From: the human T2T-CHM13v2.0 reference genome, Homo sapiens
Direction: 5' to 3' (one strand)
Assembly (NCBI RefSeq): GCF_009914755.1
Contig: NC_060946.1
DNA length: 64,000 nucleotides
Positions within the stretch are counted from its first letter, which is position 1. The number at the start of each line of letters is the position of its first letter. The notes under the pieces were generated by a model. The model did no database searches and was not told the DNA's origin. It worked only from the letters and a program-made list of their open reading frames with translations. The translations under genes were made by a program, and so were the position numbers. This document shows, one piece after another, positions 1 through 15,200 of the stretch.

Positions 1-3000
1 CAAACTGCTCAATCAAAAGAAATTTTCAACTCTGTGAGATGAAAGCACCCATCACAAAAAAGTTTCTCAGAAATCTTCTGTCTAGTTTTTATCTCAAGAG
101 AATTCCTATTTTGCCATAGGAATCAAGGGGCTCACAAATATCCCTTTGCAGATTCTACAAAAGTTGTGTTTACAAACCTCTCAATCAAAAGAAACGTTCA
201 ACATTGTGAGATGAATGAACACATCACAAAGAAGTTTCTCAGAATGCTTCTGTCTGGTTACTCTGTGAAGATATTTCTTTTTTCACCACAGTCTTTAAGC
301 CACTCAAAAATATCTGTCTGCAGACACTACAAAAAGACTGTTTCCAAACTGGCCCATATAGCATGTTTCAACTATGTGAAATGAATGCACTCATCAAAGA
401 GAAGTTTCTCAGAATTCTTCTGTCTAGTTTTTATGTGAAGATATTTCCTTCTTCACCGTAGGCCGCAAATTGCTCCAAATATCCATTTGCGGATTCTACA
501 GAAAGAATGTTTCCAAACTGGTCAATCAACAGAAAGGCTCAACTCTGTGAGACGAAAGCACACATCACAAAGAAGTTTCTCAGAAAGCTTCTGTCTGCAT
601 TTTATGTGAAGGTATTTCCTTTGGCACCGTAGGCCTTAAACCACTCACAAACATAACTCCGCTTATACTACCAAGAGACTTTCTCCAAATTGCTAAATCA
701 AAAGAAACGTTCAACTCTGAGAGATGAATACACACATCAAAAAGAAGTTTCTCAAAATGCTTCTGTCTAGTTTTCATGTGAAGATATTTATTTTTCACCA
801 TTGGCCCCAAACGGCTCAGAAATGTCCCTTTGCAGTTTGTAGGAAAAGACTGTTTCCAAACTGCTCAATGAGAAGAAATGGTCAACTATTAGAGATGAAT
901 GGACATGTCACAAAGAGTTTTCTCAAAAAGCTACTGTGTCGTTTTTATGTGAAGACGTTTCCTTTTTCACTCTAGGCCTTAAAACTCTCTAAATATACAT
1001 TCACAGATTCTACAAAAAGACTGATTCCAAACTGCTCAATCAGAGGAAAGGTTCAATTCCGTGTGACAAACTTGCACATCACAAAGCAATTTGTCAGAAA
1101 GCTTCTGTCTACTTTTTATGTGAAGATATTTCATATTTCAACAAAGGCCATAAAGGGCTCACGAATATCCCTTTGCAGATTCTAAGAAAAGACATTTTCC
1201 AAACTCCTCAATCAAAAGAAAGGTTTCACTCTGTGCAATGAATGGACACATCACAAAGAAGTTTCTCAGAAAGCTTCTGTCTACTTTTTATGTGAGGCTA
1301 TTTCTTGTTCACCATAGGCCTCAAGCAGCTAAGAAATTTCCCTCTGCAGCTTCCACAAAAGACTGGTTCCAAACTGCTCAACTGAAAGGAAGGTTGAATT
1401 CTGTGACATGAATTCACACATCACAAAGAGGTTTTTCAGAAATCTTCTGTCTAGTTTTTGTGTGAAGATACTTCCTTTTTCACCAAGGGCCTCAAATATC
1501 TCCAAATATCCATTTGCAGATTCTACAGAAAGACTTCCCAAACTGCTCAATCAAAAGAAAGGTTCAACACAGTGAGATGAAGGCACACATCACAAAGAAG
1601 TTTCTCAGAAATCTCCTGTCTAGTTTTTATGTGAAGATATTTCGTATTTCACCACAGGCCATAAGGGGCTCACAAATATCCCTTTGCAGGTTCTACAAAA
1701 AGACTGTTTTCAAACTGCTCAATCAAAAGAAAGGTTCAACTCTGTGACGTGAATGGACACATCACAAAAAATTTTTCGGAATCATTCCGTCTAGTTTTTA
1801 TGGGAAGATGTTTCTCTTTCACCAGAAGCCTCAAACGGATCAGAATTCTCCCTTTGCAGATTGTACAATAAGCCTCTTTCCAATCTCCTCAATCAAAAGA
1901 AAGTTTCAACTCTGTGAGGTGAATGCACACATCAAAAGGGAGTTTCTCAGAAAGCTTCTGTTTAGTTTTTACGCGAAGATGTTTCGTTTTTCCACATGGG
2001 CCTCAAAATCTCTCCAAATATCCATTTGCAGATTATAGAAAAAGAGTGTTTCCAAACTCCTCAATCAAAAGAAAGTTTCAATTCTGTGAGATGAAAGCAC
2101 ACATCACACCGAAGTTTCTTAGAAAGCTTCTGTCTAGTTTTTATGTGAAGATACTTCACAGTGCATCATAGTACTCAATGGGCTCAGAAATATCCCCTGG
2201 CAGATTCTACAAAAGGACTGTTTCAAAACTGCTCAATCCAAAGAAAGTTTCAACTATGTGAGATGAATGCACACATCAAAAAGGAGTTCTTCAGAATGCT
2301 TCTGTCTAGTTTATATGTGAAGATGATTCCTATTTCACCATAGGCAATAAAGGGCTCACAAATATGTTTTGCAGATTCTACAAAAAGACTGTGTCCAAAC
2401 TGCTCAATAAAAAGAAAGTTTTAACTCTGTTAGATTAACGGACACATCGAAAAGTAGTTTCTCAGAAAACTTCTGTTTAGTTTTTATGAGAAGTTATTTC
2501 CTTTGTCACCATTGGCCTCAAAGCACTCCTAATATCCATTTACAGATTTCACAAAAAGAGTGTTTCCAAACAGCTCAATCAAAAGAAAGTGTTTAACTCT
2601 GTGAGGTGAAAGCACACATCTCAATGAAGTTTCTCAGAACGCTTCGGTCTACTTTTCATGTGAAGATATTTCCAGTTTCACCGTAGGCCTCAAAGGGCTA
2701 AGAAATATCCCTTTCCAGATTCTAAAAGACGACCGTTTCCATACTTCTCAATCAAAAGAAAGGTTAAATTCTCTGAGGTTAATGCCCACGTCAGAATGAA
2801 GTTTCTCAGAATTCTCCTGTCTAGTTTCTATGTGAAGATATTTACTATTTCACTATAGGCTTCAAAGGTCTCAAAAATATCCCTTTGCAGATTCTACAAA
2901 AATACGGTTTCCACAGTGCTGAATTAAAAGAAACCTTCAACTCTGTCAGATGAATGGAGACATCACAAAGAAGTTCCTCGGAATGCTTCTGTCTAGTTTA

Positions 3001-3184
3001 AATGTGAAGATATTTCTCTTTCACCACAGACCTCAAATGGCTCAGAAATATGCCTTTGCAGATTGCAGAAAAAGACTGTCTCTAAACTGCTCAAATAAAA
3101 TAAAGTTTCAACACTGTGAGATGAATGCACACATCACAAAGAAGTTTCTCAGAGAGCTTCTGTCTAGTTTTTATGTGAAGATAT

Positions 3185-3201
3185 TTCCTTTTTCACCATA
3201 G
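3185..3201 (+). other. pJalpha box (TTCCTTTTYCACCRTAG), perfect match in copy A1
   Basis: The sequence TTCCTTTTTCACCATAG sits at the monomer position where B-type monomers carry the CENP-B box. Confidence 0.75.
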
Positions 3202-6200
3202 TCCTTACACCGCTCACAAATATCCTTCTGCAGATACTAGAAAAAGACTGTTTCCAAACTGCTCCATCAAAAGAAAATTTCACCTACCTGAGATGAATGC
3301 ACACATCATAAAGAAGTTTCTCAGAATTCTTCTGTCTAGATTTTATGTGAAGATATTTCCATTTTCACCTTAGGCCACAAAGCGCTCCAAACATCCCTTT
3401 GCAGATGATACAAAAAGACTGTGTCCAAACTGCTCAATCAAAAGAAATTTTCAACTCTGTGAGATGAAAGCACCCATCACAAAAAAGTTTCTCAGAAATC
3501 TTCTGTCTAGTTTTTATCTCAAGAGAATTCCTATTTTGCCATAGGAATCAAGGGGCTCACAAATATCCCTTTGCAGATTCTACAAAAGTTGTGTTTACAA
3601 ACCTCTCAATCAAAAGAAACGTTCAACATTGTGAGATGAATGAACACATCACAAAGAAGTTTCTCAGAATGCTTCTGTCTGGTTACTCTGTGAAGATATT
3701 TCTTTTTTCACCACAGTCTTTAAGCCACTCAAAAATATCTGTCTGCAGACACTACAAAAAGACTGTTTCCAAACTGGCCCATATAGCATGTTTCAACTAT
3801 GTGAAATGAATGCACTCATCAAAGAGAAGTTTCTCAGAATTCTTCTGTCTAGTTTTTATGTGAAGATATTTCCTTCTTCACCGTAGGCCGCAAATTGCTC
3901 CAAATATCCATTTGCGGATTCTACAGAAAGAATGTTTCCAAACTGGTCAATCAACAGAAAGGCTCAACTCTGTGAGACGAAAGCACACATCACAAAGAAG
4001 TTTCTCAGAAAGCTTCTGTCTGCATTTTATGTGAAGGTATTTCCTTTGGCACCGTAGGCCTTAAACCACTCACAAACATAACTCCGCTTATACTACCAAG
4101 AGACTTTCTCCAAATTGCTAAATCAAAAGAAACGTTCAACTCTGAGAGATGAATACACACATCAAAAAGAAGTTTCTCAAAATGCTTCTGTCTAGTTTTC
4201 ATGTGAAGATATTTATTTTTCACCATTGGCCCCAAACGGCTCAGAAATGTCCCTTTGCAGTTTGTAGGAAAAGACTGTTTCCAAACTGCTCAATGAGAAG
4301 AAATGGTCAACTATTAGAGATGAATGGACATGTCACAAAGAGTTTTCTCAAAAAGCTACTGTGTCGTTTTTATGTGAAGACGTTTCCTTTTTCACTCTAG
4401 GCCTTAAAACTCTCTAAATATACATTCACAGATTCTACAAAAAGACTGATTCCAAACTGCTCAATCAGAGGAAAGGTTCAATTCCGTGTGACAAACTTGC
4501 ACATCACAAAGCAATTTGTCAGAAAGCTTCTGTCTACTTTTTATGTGAAGATATTTCATATTTCAACAAAGGCCATAAAGGGCTCACGAATATCCCTTTG
4601 CAGATTCTAAGAAAAGACATTTTCCAAACTCCTCAATCAAAAGAAAGGTTTCACTCTGTGCAATGAATGGACACATCACAAAGAAGTTTCTCAGAAAGCT
4701 TCTGTCTACTTTTTATGTGAGGCTATTTCTTGTTCACCATAGGCCTCAAGCAGCTAAGAAATTTCCCTCTGCAGCTTCCACAAAAGACTGGTTCCAAACT
4801 GCTCAACTGAAAGGAAGGTTGAATTCTGTGACATGAATTCACACATCACAAAGAGGTTTTTCAGAAATCTTCTGTCTAGTTTTTGTGTGAAGATACTTCC
4901 TTTTTCACCAAGGGCCTCAAATATCTCCAAATATCCATTTGCAGATTCTACAGAAAGACTTCCCAAACTGCTCAATCAAAAGAAAGGTTCAACACAGTGA
5001 GATGAAGGCACACATCACAAAGAAGTTTCTCAGAAATCTCCTGTCTAGTTTTTATGTGAAGATACTTCGTATTTCACCACAGGCCATAAGGGGCTCACAA
5101 ATATCCCTTTGCAGGTTCTACAAAAAGACTGTTTCCAAACTGCTCAATCAAAAGAAAGGTTCAACTCTGTGACGTGAATGGACACATCACAAAAAATTTC
5201 TCGGAATGATTCCGTCTAGTTTTTATGGGAAGATGTTTCTCTTTCACCAGAAGCCTCAAACGGATCAGAATTCTCCCTTTGCAGATTGTACAATAAGCCT
5301 CTTTCCAATCTGCTCAATCAAAAGACAGTTTCAACTCTGTGAGGTGAATGCACACATCACAAGGGAGTTTCTCAGAAAGCTTCTGTTTAGTTTTTACGTG
5401 AAGATGTTTCGTTTTTCAACATGGGCCTCAAAAGCTCTCCAAATATCCACTTGCAGATTCTAGAAAAAGAGTGTTTCCAAACTCCTCAATCAAAAGAAAG
5501 TTTCAATTCTGTGAGATGAAAGCCCACATCACACCGAAGTTTCTTAGAAAGCTTCTGTCTAGTTTTTATGTGAAGATACTTCACAGTGCATCATAGTACT
5601 CAATGGGCTCAGAAATATCCCTTGGCAGATTCTACAAAAGGACTGTTTTAAAACTGCTCAATCCAAAGAAAGTTTCAACTATGTGAGATGAATGCACACA
5701 TCACAAAGAAGTTCCTCAGAATGCTTCTGTCTAGTTTATATGTGAAGAAGATTCCTATTTCACCATAGGCAATAAAGGGCTCACAAATATTTTTTGCTGA
5801 TTCTACAAAAAGACTGTGTCCAAACTGCTCAATAAAAAGAAAGTTTTAACTCTGTTAGATTAACGGACACATCGAAAAGTAGTTTCTCGGAAAACTTCTG
5901 TTTAGTTTTTATGAGAAGATATTTCCTTTGTCACCATTGGCCTCAAAGCACTCCTAATATCCATTTACAGATTTCACAAAAAGAGTGTTTCCAAACAGCT
6001 CAATCAAAAGAAAGTGTTTAACTCTGTGAGGTGAAAGCACACATCTCAATGAAGTTTCTCAGAAAGCTTCGGTCTACTTTTCATGTGAAGATATTTCCAG
6101 TTTCACCGTAGGCCTCAAAGGGCTAAGAAATATCCCTTTCCAGATTCTAAAAGACGACCGTTTCCATACTTCTCAATCAAAAGAAAGGTTAAATTCTCTG

Positions 6201-9200
6201 AGGTTAATGCCCACGTCAGAATGAAGTTTCTCAGAATTCTCCTGTCTAGTTTCTATGTGAAGATATTTACTATTTCACTGTAGGCTTCAAAGGTCTCAAA
6301 AATATCCCTTTGCAGATTCTGCAAAAATACGGTTTCCACAGTGCTGAATTAAAAGAAACCTTCAACTCTGTCAGATGAATGGAGACATCACAAAGAAGTT
6401 CCTCGGAACGCTTCTGTCTAGTTTAAATGTGAAGATATTTCTCTTTCACCACAGACCTCAAATGGCTTAGAAATATGCCTTTGCAGATTGCAGAAAAAGA
6501 CTGTCTCTAAACTGCTCAAATAAAATAAAGTTTCAACACTGTGAGATGAATGCACACATCACAAAGAAGTTTCTCAGAAAGCTTCTGTCTAGTTTTTATG
6601 TGAAGATATTTGCTTTTTCAGCATAGTCCTTACACCGCTCACAAATATCCTTCTGCAGATACTAGAAAAAGACTGTTTCCAAACTGCTCCATCAAAAGAA
6701 AATTTCACCTACCTGAGATGAATGCACACGTCATAAAGAAGTTTCTCAGAATTCTTCTGTCTAGATTTTATGTGAAGATATTTCCATTTTCACCTTAGGC
6801 CACAAAGCGCTCCAAACATCCCTTTGCAGATGATACGAAAAGACTGTTTCCAAACTGCTCAATCAAAAGAAATTTTCAACTCTGTGAGATGAAAGCACCC
6901 ATCACAAAAAAGTTTCTCAGAAATCTTCTGTCTAGTTTTTATCTCAAGATAATTCCTATTTTGCCATAGGAATCAAGGGGCTCACAAATATCCCTTTGCA
7001 GATTCTACAAAAGTTCTGTTTACAAACCTCTCAATCAAAAGAAACGTTCAACATTGTGAGATGAATGAACACATCACAAAGAAGTTTCTCAGAATGCTTC
7101 TGTCTGGTTACTCTGTGAAGATATTTCTTTTTTCACCACAGTCTTTAAGCCACTCAAAAATATCTGTCTGCAGACACTACAAAAAGACTGTTTCCAAACT
7201 GGCCCATATAGCATGTTTCAACTATGTGAAATGAATGCACTCATCAAAGAGAAGTTTCTCAGAATTCTTCTGTCTAGTTTTTATGTGAAGATATTTCCTT
7301 CTTCACCGTAGGCCGCAAATTGCTCCAAATATCCATTTGCGGATTCTACAGAAAGAATGTTTCCAAACTGGTCAATCAACAGAAAGGCTCAACTCTGTGA
7401 GACGAAAGCACACATCACAAAGAAGTTTCTCAGAAAGCTTCTGTCTGCATTTTATGTGAAGGTATTTCCTTTGGCACCGTAGGCCTTAAACCACTCACAA
7501 ACATAACTCCGCTTATACTACCAAGAGACTTTCTCCAAATTGCTAAATCAAAAGAAACGTTCAACTCTGTGAGATGAATACACACATCAAAAAGAAGTTT
7601 CTCAAAATGCTTCTGTCTAGTTTTCATGTGAAGATATTTATTTTTCACCATTGGCCCCAAACGGCTCAGAAATATCCCTTTGCAGTTTGTAGGAAAAGAC
7701 TGTTTCCAAACTGCTCAATGAGAAGAAATGGTCAACTATTAGAGATGAATGGACATGTCACAAAGAGTTTTCTCAAAAAGCTACTGTGTCGTTTTTATGT
7801 GAAGACGTTTCCTTTTTCACTCTAGGCCTTAAAACTCTCTAAATATACATTCACAGATTCTACAAAAAGACTGATTCCAAACTGCTCAATCAGAAGAAAG
7901 GTTCAATTCCTTGTGACAAACGTGCACATCACAAAGAAATTTGTCAGAAAGCATCTGTCTACTTTTTATGTGAAGATATTTCATATTTCAACAAAGGCCA
8001 TAAAGGGCTCACAAATATCCCTTTGCAGATTCTAAGGAAAGACATTTTCCAAACTCCTCAATCAAAAGAAAGGTTTCACTCTGTGCGATGAATGGACACA
8101 TCACAAAGAAGTTTCTCAGAAAGCTTCTGTCTACTTTTTATGTGAGGCTATTTCTTGTTCGCCATAGGCCTCAAGCAGCTAAGAAATTTCCCTCTGCAGC
8201 TTCTACAAAAGACTGGTTCCAAACTGCTCAACTGAAAGGAAGGTTGAATTCTGTGACATGAATTCACACATCACAAAGAGGTTTTTCAGAAATCTTCTGT
8301 CTAGTTTTTATGTGAAGATACTTGCTTTTTCACCAAGGGCCTCAAATATCTCCAAATATCCATTTGCAGATTCTACACAAAGACTTCCCAAACTGCTCAA
8401 TCAAAAGAAAGGTTCAACACAGGGAGATGAAGACACACATCACAAAGAAGTTTCTCAGAAATCTCCTGTCTAGTTTTTATGTGAAGATATTTCGTATTTC
8501 ACCACAGGCCATAAGGGGCTCACAAATATCCCTTTGCAGGTTCTAAAAAAAGACTGTTTCCAAACTGCTCAATCAAAAGAAAGGTTCAACTCTGTGACGT
8601 GAATGGACACATCACAAAAAATTTCTCGGAATGATTCCGTCTAGATTTTGTGGGAAGATGTTTCTCTTTCACCAGAAGCCTCAAACGGATCAGAATTCTC
8701 CCTTTGCAGATTGTACAATAAGCCTCTTTCCAATCTGCTCATTCAAAAGAAAGTTTCAACTCTGTCAGGTGAATGCACACATCACAAGGGAGTTTCTCAG
8801 AAAGCTTCTGTTTAGTTTTTACGTGAAGATGTTTCGTTTTTCAACATGGGCCTCAAAAGCTCTCCAAATATCCACTTGCAGATTCTAGAAAAAGAGTGTT
8901 TCCAAACTCCTCAATCAAAAGAAAGTTTCAATTCCGTGAGATGAAAGCACACATCACACCGAAGTTTCTTAGAAAGCTTCTGTCTAGTTTTTATGTGAAG
9001 ATACTTCACAGTGCATCATAGTACTCAATGGGCTCAGAAATATCCCTTGGCAGATTCTACAAAAGGACTCTTTCAAAACTGCTCAATCCAAAGAAAGTTT
9101 CAACTATGTGAGATGAATGCACACATCACAAAGAAGTTCCTCAGAATGCTTCTGTCTAGTTTATATGTGAAGAAGATTCCTATTTCACCATAGGCAATAA

Positions 9201-12200
9201 AGGGCTCACAAATATTTTTTGCAGATTCTACAAAAAGACTGTGTCCAAACTGCTCAATAAAAAGAAAGTTTTAACTCTGTTAGATTAACGGACACATCGA
9301 AAAGTAGCTTCTCAGAAAACTTCTCTTTAGTTTTTATGAGAAGATATTTCCTTTTTCACCACTGGCCTCAAAGCACTCCTAATATCCATTTACAGTTTCA
9401 CAAAAAGAGTGTTTCCAAACAGCTCAATCAAAAGAAAGTGTTTAACTCTGTGAGGTGAAAGCACACATCTCAATGAAGTTTCTCAGAAAGCTTCGGTCTA
9501 CTTTTCATGTGAAGATATTTCCAGTTTCACCGGAGGCCTCAAAGGGCTAAGATATATCCCTTTCCAGATTCTAAAAGACGACCGTTTCCATACTTCTCAA
9601 TCAAAAGAAAGGTTAAATTCTCTGAGGTTAATGCCCACGTCAGAATGAAGTTTCTCAGAATTCTCCTGTCTAGTTTCTATGTGAAGATATTTACTATTTC
9701 ACTGTAGGCTTCAAAGGTCTCAAAAATATCCCTTTGCAGACTCTACAAAAATACGGTTTCCACAGTGCTGAATTAAAAGAAACCTTCAACTCTGTCACAT
9801 GAATGGAGACATCACAAAGAAGTTCCTCGGAATGCTTCTGTCTAGTTTAAATGTGAAGATATTTCTCTTTCACCACAGACCTCAAATGGCTCAGAAATAT
9901 GCCTTTGCAGATTGCAGAAAAAGACTGTCTCTAAACTGCTCAAATAAAATAAAGTTTCAACACTGTGAGATGAATGCACACATCACAAAGAAGTTTCTCA
10001 GAAAGCTTCTGTCTAGTTTTTATGTGAAGATATTTCCTTTTTCAGCATAGTCCTCACACCGCTCACAAATATCCTTCTGCAGATACTAGAAAAAGACTGT
10101 TTCCAAACTGCTCCATCAAAAGAAAATTTCACCTACCTGAGATGAATGCACACATCATAAAGAAGTTTCTCAGAATCCTTGTGTCTAGATTTTATGTGAA
10201 GATATTTCCATTTTCACCTTAGGCCACAAAGCGTTCCAAACATCCCTTTGCAGATGATACGAAAAGACTGTTTCCAAACTGCTCAATCAAAAGAAACTTT
10301 CAACTCTGTGAGATGAAAGCACCCATCACAAAAAAGTTTCTCAGAAATCTTCTGTCTAGTTTTTATCTCAAGATAATTCCTATTTTGCCATAGGAATCAC
10401 GGGGCTCAAAAATATCCCTTTGCAGATTCTACAAAAGTTCTGTTTACAAACCTCTCAATCAAAAGAAACGTTCAACATTGTGAGATGAATGAACACATCA
10501 CAAAGAAGTTTCTCAGAATGCTTCTGTCTGCTTACTCTGTGAAGATATTTCTTTTTTCACCACAGTCTTTAAGCCACTCAAAAATATCTGTCTGCAGACA
10601 CTACAAAAAGACTGTTTCCAAAATGGCCCATATAGCATGTTTCAACTATGTGAAATGAATGCACTCATCAAAGAGAAGTTTCTCAGAATTCTTCTGTCTA
10701 GTTTTTATGTGAAGATATTTCCTTCTTCACCGTAGGCCGCAAATTGCTCCAAATATCCATTTGCGGATTCTACAGAAAGAATGTTTCCAAACTGGTCAAT
10801 CAACAGAAAGGCTCAACTCTGTGAGACGAAAGCACACATCACAAAGAAGTTTCTCAGAAAGCTTCTGTCTGCATTTTATGTGAAGGTATTTCCTTTGGCA
10901 CCGTAGGCCTTAAACCACTCACAAACATAACTCCGCTTATACTACCAAGAGACTTTCTCCAAATTGCTAAATCAAAAGAAACGTTCAACTCTGGGAGATG
11001 AATACACACATCAAAAAGAAGTTTCTCAAAATGCTTCTGTCTAGTTTTCATGTGAAGATGTTTATTTTTCACCATTGGCCCCAAACGGCTCAGAAATATC
11101 CCTTTGCAGTTTGTAGGAAATGACTGTTTCCAAACTGCTCAATGAGAAGAAATGGTCAACTATTAGAGATGAATGGAAATGTCACAAAGAGTTTTCTCAA
11201 AAAGCTACTGTGTCGTTTTTATGTGAAGACGTTTCCTTTTTCACTCTAGGTCTTAAACCTCTCTAAATATACATTCACAGATTCTACAAAAAGACTGATT
11301 CCAAACTGCTCAATCAGAAGAAAGGTTCAATTCCGTGTGACAAACGTGCACATCACAAAGAAATTTGTCAGAAAGCTTCTGTCTACTTTTTATGTGAAGA
11401 TATTTCATATTTCAACAAAGGCCATAAAGGGCTCACAAATATCCCTTTGCAGATTCTAAGGAAAGACATTTTCCAAACTCCTCAATCAAAAGAAAGGTTT
11501 CACTCTGTGCGATGAATGGACACATCACAAAGAAGTTTCTCAGAAAGCTTCTGTCTAGTTTTTATGTGAGGCTATTTCTTGTTCACCATAGGCCTCAAGC
11601 AGCTAAGAAATTTCCCTCTGCAGCTTCTACAAAAGACTGGTTCCAAACTGCTCAACTGAAAGGAAGGTTGAATTCTGTGACATGAATTCACACATCACAA
11701 AGAGGTTTTTCAGAAATCTTCTGTCTAGTTTTTATGTGAAGATACTTCCTTTTTCACCAAGGGCCTCAAATATCTCCAAATATCCATTTGCAGATTCTAC
11801 AGAAAGACTTCCCAAACTGCTCAATCAAAAGGAAGGTTCAACACAGTGAGATGAAGGCACACATCACAAAGAAGTTTCTCAGAAATCTCCTGTCTAGTTT
11901 TTATGTGAAGATATTTTGTATTTCACCACAGGCCATAAGGGGCTCACAAATATCCCTTTGCAGGTTCTACAAAAAGACTGTTTCCAAACTGCTCAATCAA
12001 AAGAAAGGTTCAACTCTGTAACGTGAATGGACACATCACAAAAAATTTCTCGGAATGATTCCGTCTAGTTTTTATGGGAAGATGTTTCTCTTTCACCAGA
12101 AGCCTCAAACGGATCAGAATTCTCCCTTTGCAGATTGTACAATAAGCCTCTTTGCAATCTGCTCAATCAAAAGAAAGTTTCAACTCTGTGAGGTGAATGC

Positions 12201-15200
12201 ACACATCACAAGTTAGTTTCTCAGAAAGCTTCTGTTTAGTTTTTACGTGAAGATGTTTCGTTTTTCAACATGGGCCTCAGAAGCTCTCCAAATATCCATT
12301 TGCAGATTCTAGAAAAAGACTTTTTCCAAACTCCTCAATCAAAAGAAAGTTTCAATTCTGTGAGATGAAAGCACCCATCACACCGAAGTTTCTTAGTAAG
12401 CTTCTGTCTAGTTTTTATGTGAAGATTCTTCACAGTGCATCATAGTACTCAAAGGGCTCAGAAATATTCCTTGGCAGATTCTACAAAAGGACTGTTTCAA
12501 AACTGCTCAATCCAAAGAAAGTTTCAACTATGTGAGATGAATTCACACATCACAAAGAAGTTCCTCAGAATGCTTCTGTCTACTTTATATGTGAAGAAGA
12601 TTCCTATTTCACCATAGGCAATAAAGGGCTCACAAATATGTTTTGCAGATTCTACAAAAAGACTGTATCCAAACTGCTCAATAAAAAGAAAGTTTTATCT
12701 CTGTTAGATTAACGGACACAACGAAAAGTAGTTTCTCAGAAAACTTCTGTTTAGTTTTTATGAGAAGATATTTCCTTTGCCACCATTGGCCTCAAAGCAC
12801 TCCTAATATCCATTTACAGATTTCACAAAAAGAGTGTTTCCAAACAGCTCAATCAAAAGAAAGTGTTTAACTCTGTGAGGTGAAAGCACACATCTCAATG
12901 AAGTTTCTCAGAAAGCTTCGGTCTACTTTTAATGTGAAGATATTTCCAGTTTCACCGTAGGCCTCAAAGGGCTAAGAAATATCCCTTTCCAGATTCTAAA
13001 AGACGACCGTTTCCATACTTCTCAATCAAAAGAAAGGTTAAATTCTCTGAGGTTAATACCCACGTCAGAATGAAGTTTCTCAGAATTCTCCTGTCTAGTT
13101 TCTATGTGAAGATATTTACTATTTCACTATAGGCTTCAAAGGTCTCAAAAATATCCCTTTGCAGATTCTACAAAAATACGGTTTCCACAGTGCTGAATTA
13201 AAAGAAACCTTCAACTCTGTCACATGAATGGAGACATCACAAAGAAGTTCCTCGGAATGCTTCTGTCTAGTTTAAATGTGAAGATATTTCTCTTTCACCA
13301 CAGACCTCAAATGGCTCAGAAATATGCCTTTGCAGATTGCAGAAAAAGACTGTCTCTAAACTGCTCAAATAAAATAAAGTTTCAACACTGTGAGATGAAT
13401 GCACACATCACAAAGAAGTTTCTCAGAAAGCTTCTGTCTAGTTTTTATGTGAAGATATTTCCTTTTTCAGCATAGTCCTCACACCGCTCACAAATATCCT
13501 TCTGCAGATACTAGAAAAAGACTGTTTCCAAACTGCTCCATCAAAAGAAAATTTCACCTACCTGAGATGAATGCACACATCATAAAGAAGTTTCTCAGAA
13601 TCCTTGTGTCTAGATTTTATGTGAAGATATTTCCATTTTCACCTTAGGCCACAAAGCGTTCCAAACATCCCTTTGCAGATGATACGAAAAGACTGTTTCC
13701 AAACTGCTCAATCAAAAGAAACTTTCAACTCTGTGAGATGAAAGCACCCATCACAAAAAAGTTTCTCAGAAATCTTCTGTCTAGTTTTTATCTCAAGATA
13801 ATTCCTATTTTGCCATAGGAATCACGGGGCTCAAAAATATCCCTTTGCAGATTCTACAAAAGTTCTGTTTACAAACCTCTCAATCAAAAGAAACGTTCAA
13901 CATTGTGAGATGAATGAACACATCACAAAGAAGTTTCTCAGAATGCTTCTGTCTGGTTACTCTGTGAAGATATTTCTTTTTTCACCACAGTCTTTAAGCC
14001 ACTCAAAAATATCTGTCTGCAGACACTACAAAAAGACTGTTTCCAAAATGGCCCATATAGCATGTTTCAACAATGTGAAATGAATGCACTCATCAAAGAG
14101 AAGTTTCTCAGAATTCTTCTGTCTAGTTTTTATGTGAAGATATTTCCTTCTTCACCGTAGGCCGCAAATTGCTCCAAATATCCATTTGCGGATTCTACAG
14201 AAAGAATGTTTCCAAACTGGTCAATCAACAGAAAGGCTCAACTCTGTGAGACGAAAGCACACATCACAAAGAAGTTTCTCAGAAAGCTTCTGTCTGCATT
14301 TTATGTGAAGGTATTTCCTTTGGCACCATAGGCCTTAAACCACTCACAAACATAACTCCGCTTATACTACCAAGAGACTTTCTCCAAATTGCTAAATCAA
14401 AAGAAACGTTCAACTCTGGGAGATGAATACACACATCAAAAATAAGTTTCTCAAAATGCTTCTGTCTAGTTTTCATGTGAAGATGTTTATTTTTCACCAT
14501 TGGCCCCAAACGGCTCAGAAATATCCCTTTGCAGTTTGTAGGAAAAGACTGTTTCCAAACTGCTCAATGAGAAGAAATGGTCAACTATTAGAGATGAATG
14601 GAAATGTCACAAAGAGTTTTCTCAAAAAGCTACTGTGTCGTTTTTATGTGAAGACGTTTCCTTTTTCACTCTAGGTCTTAAACCTCTCTAAATATACATT
14701 CACAGATTCTACAAAAAGACTGATTCCAAACTGCTCAATCAGAAGAAAGGTTCAATTCCGTGTGACAAACGTGCACATCACAAAGAAATTTGTCAGAAAG
14801 CTTCTGTCTACTTTTTATGTGAAGATATTTCATATTTCAACAAAGGCCATAAAGGGCTCACAAATATCCCTTTGCAGATTCTAAGGAAAGACATTTTCCA
14901 AACTCCTCAATCAAAAGAAAGGTTTCACTCTGTGCGATGAATGGACACATCACAAAGAAGTTTCTCAGAAAGCTTCTGTCTAGTTTTTATGTGAGGCTAT
15001 TTCTTGTTCACCATAGGCCTCGAGCAGCTAAGAAATTTCCCTCTGCAGCTTCTACAAAAGACTGGTTCCAAACTGCTCAACTGAAAGGAAGGTTGAATTC
15101 TGTGACATGAATTCACACATCACAAAGAGGTTTTTCAGAAATCTTCTGTCTAGTTTTTATGTGAAGATACTTCCTTTTTCACCAAGGGCCTCAAATATCT

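Noticed and set aside
345-375. Non-consensus segment GGCCCATATAGCATG, possibly foreign sequence
   Set aside because: It aligns to the GCTCAATCAAAAGAAAG position with substitutions and a 2-bp loss, and it is fixed in both A and B. It is an ancient monomer-specific divergence.
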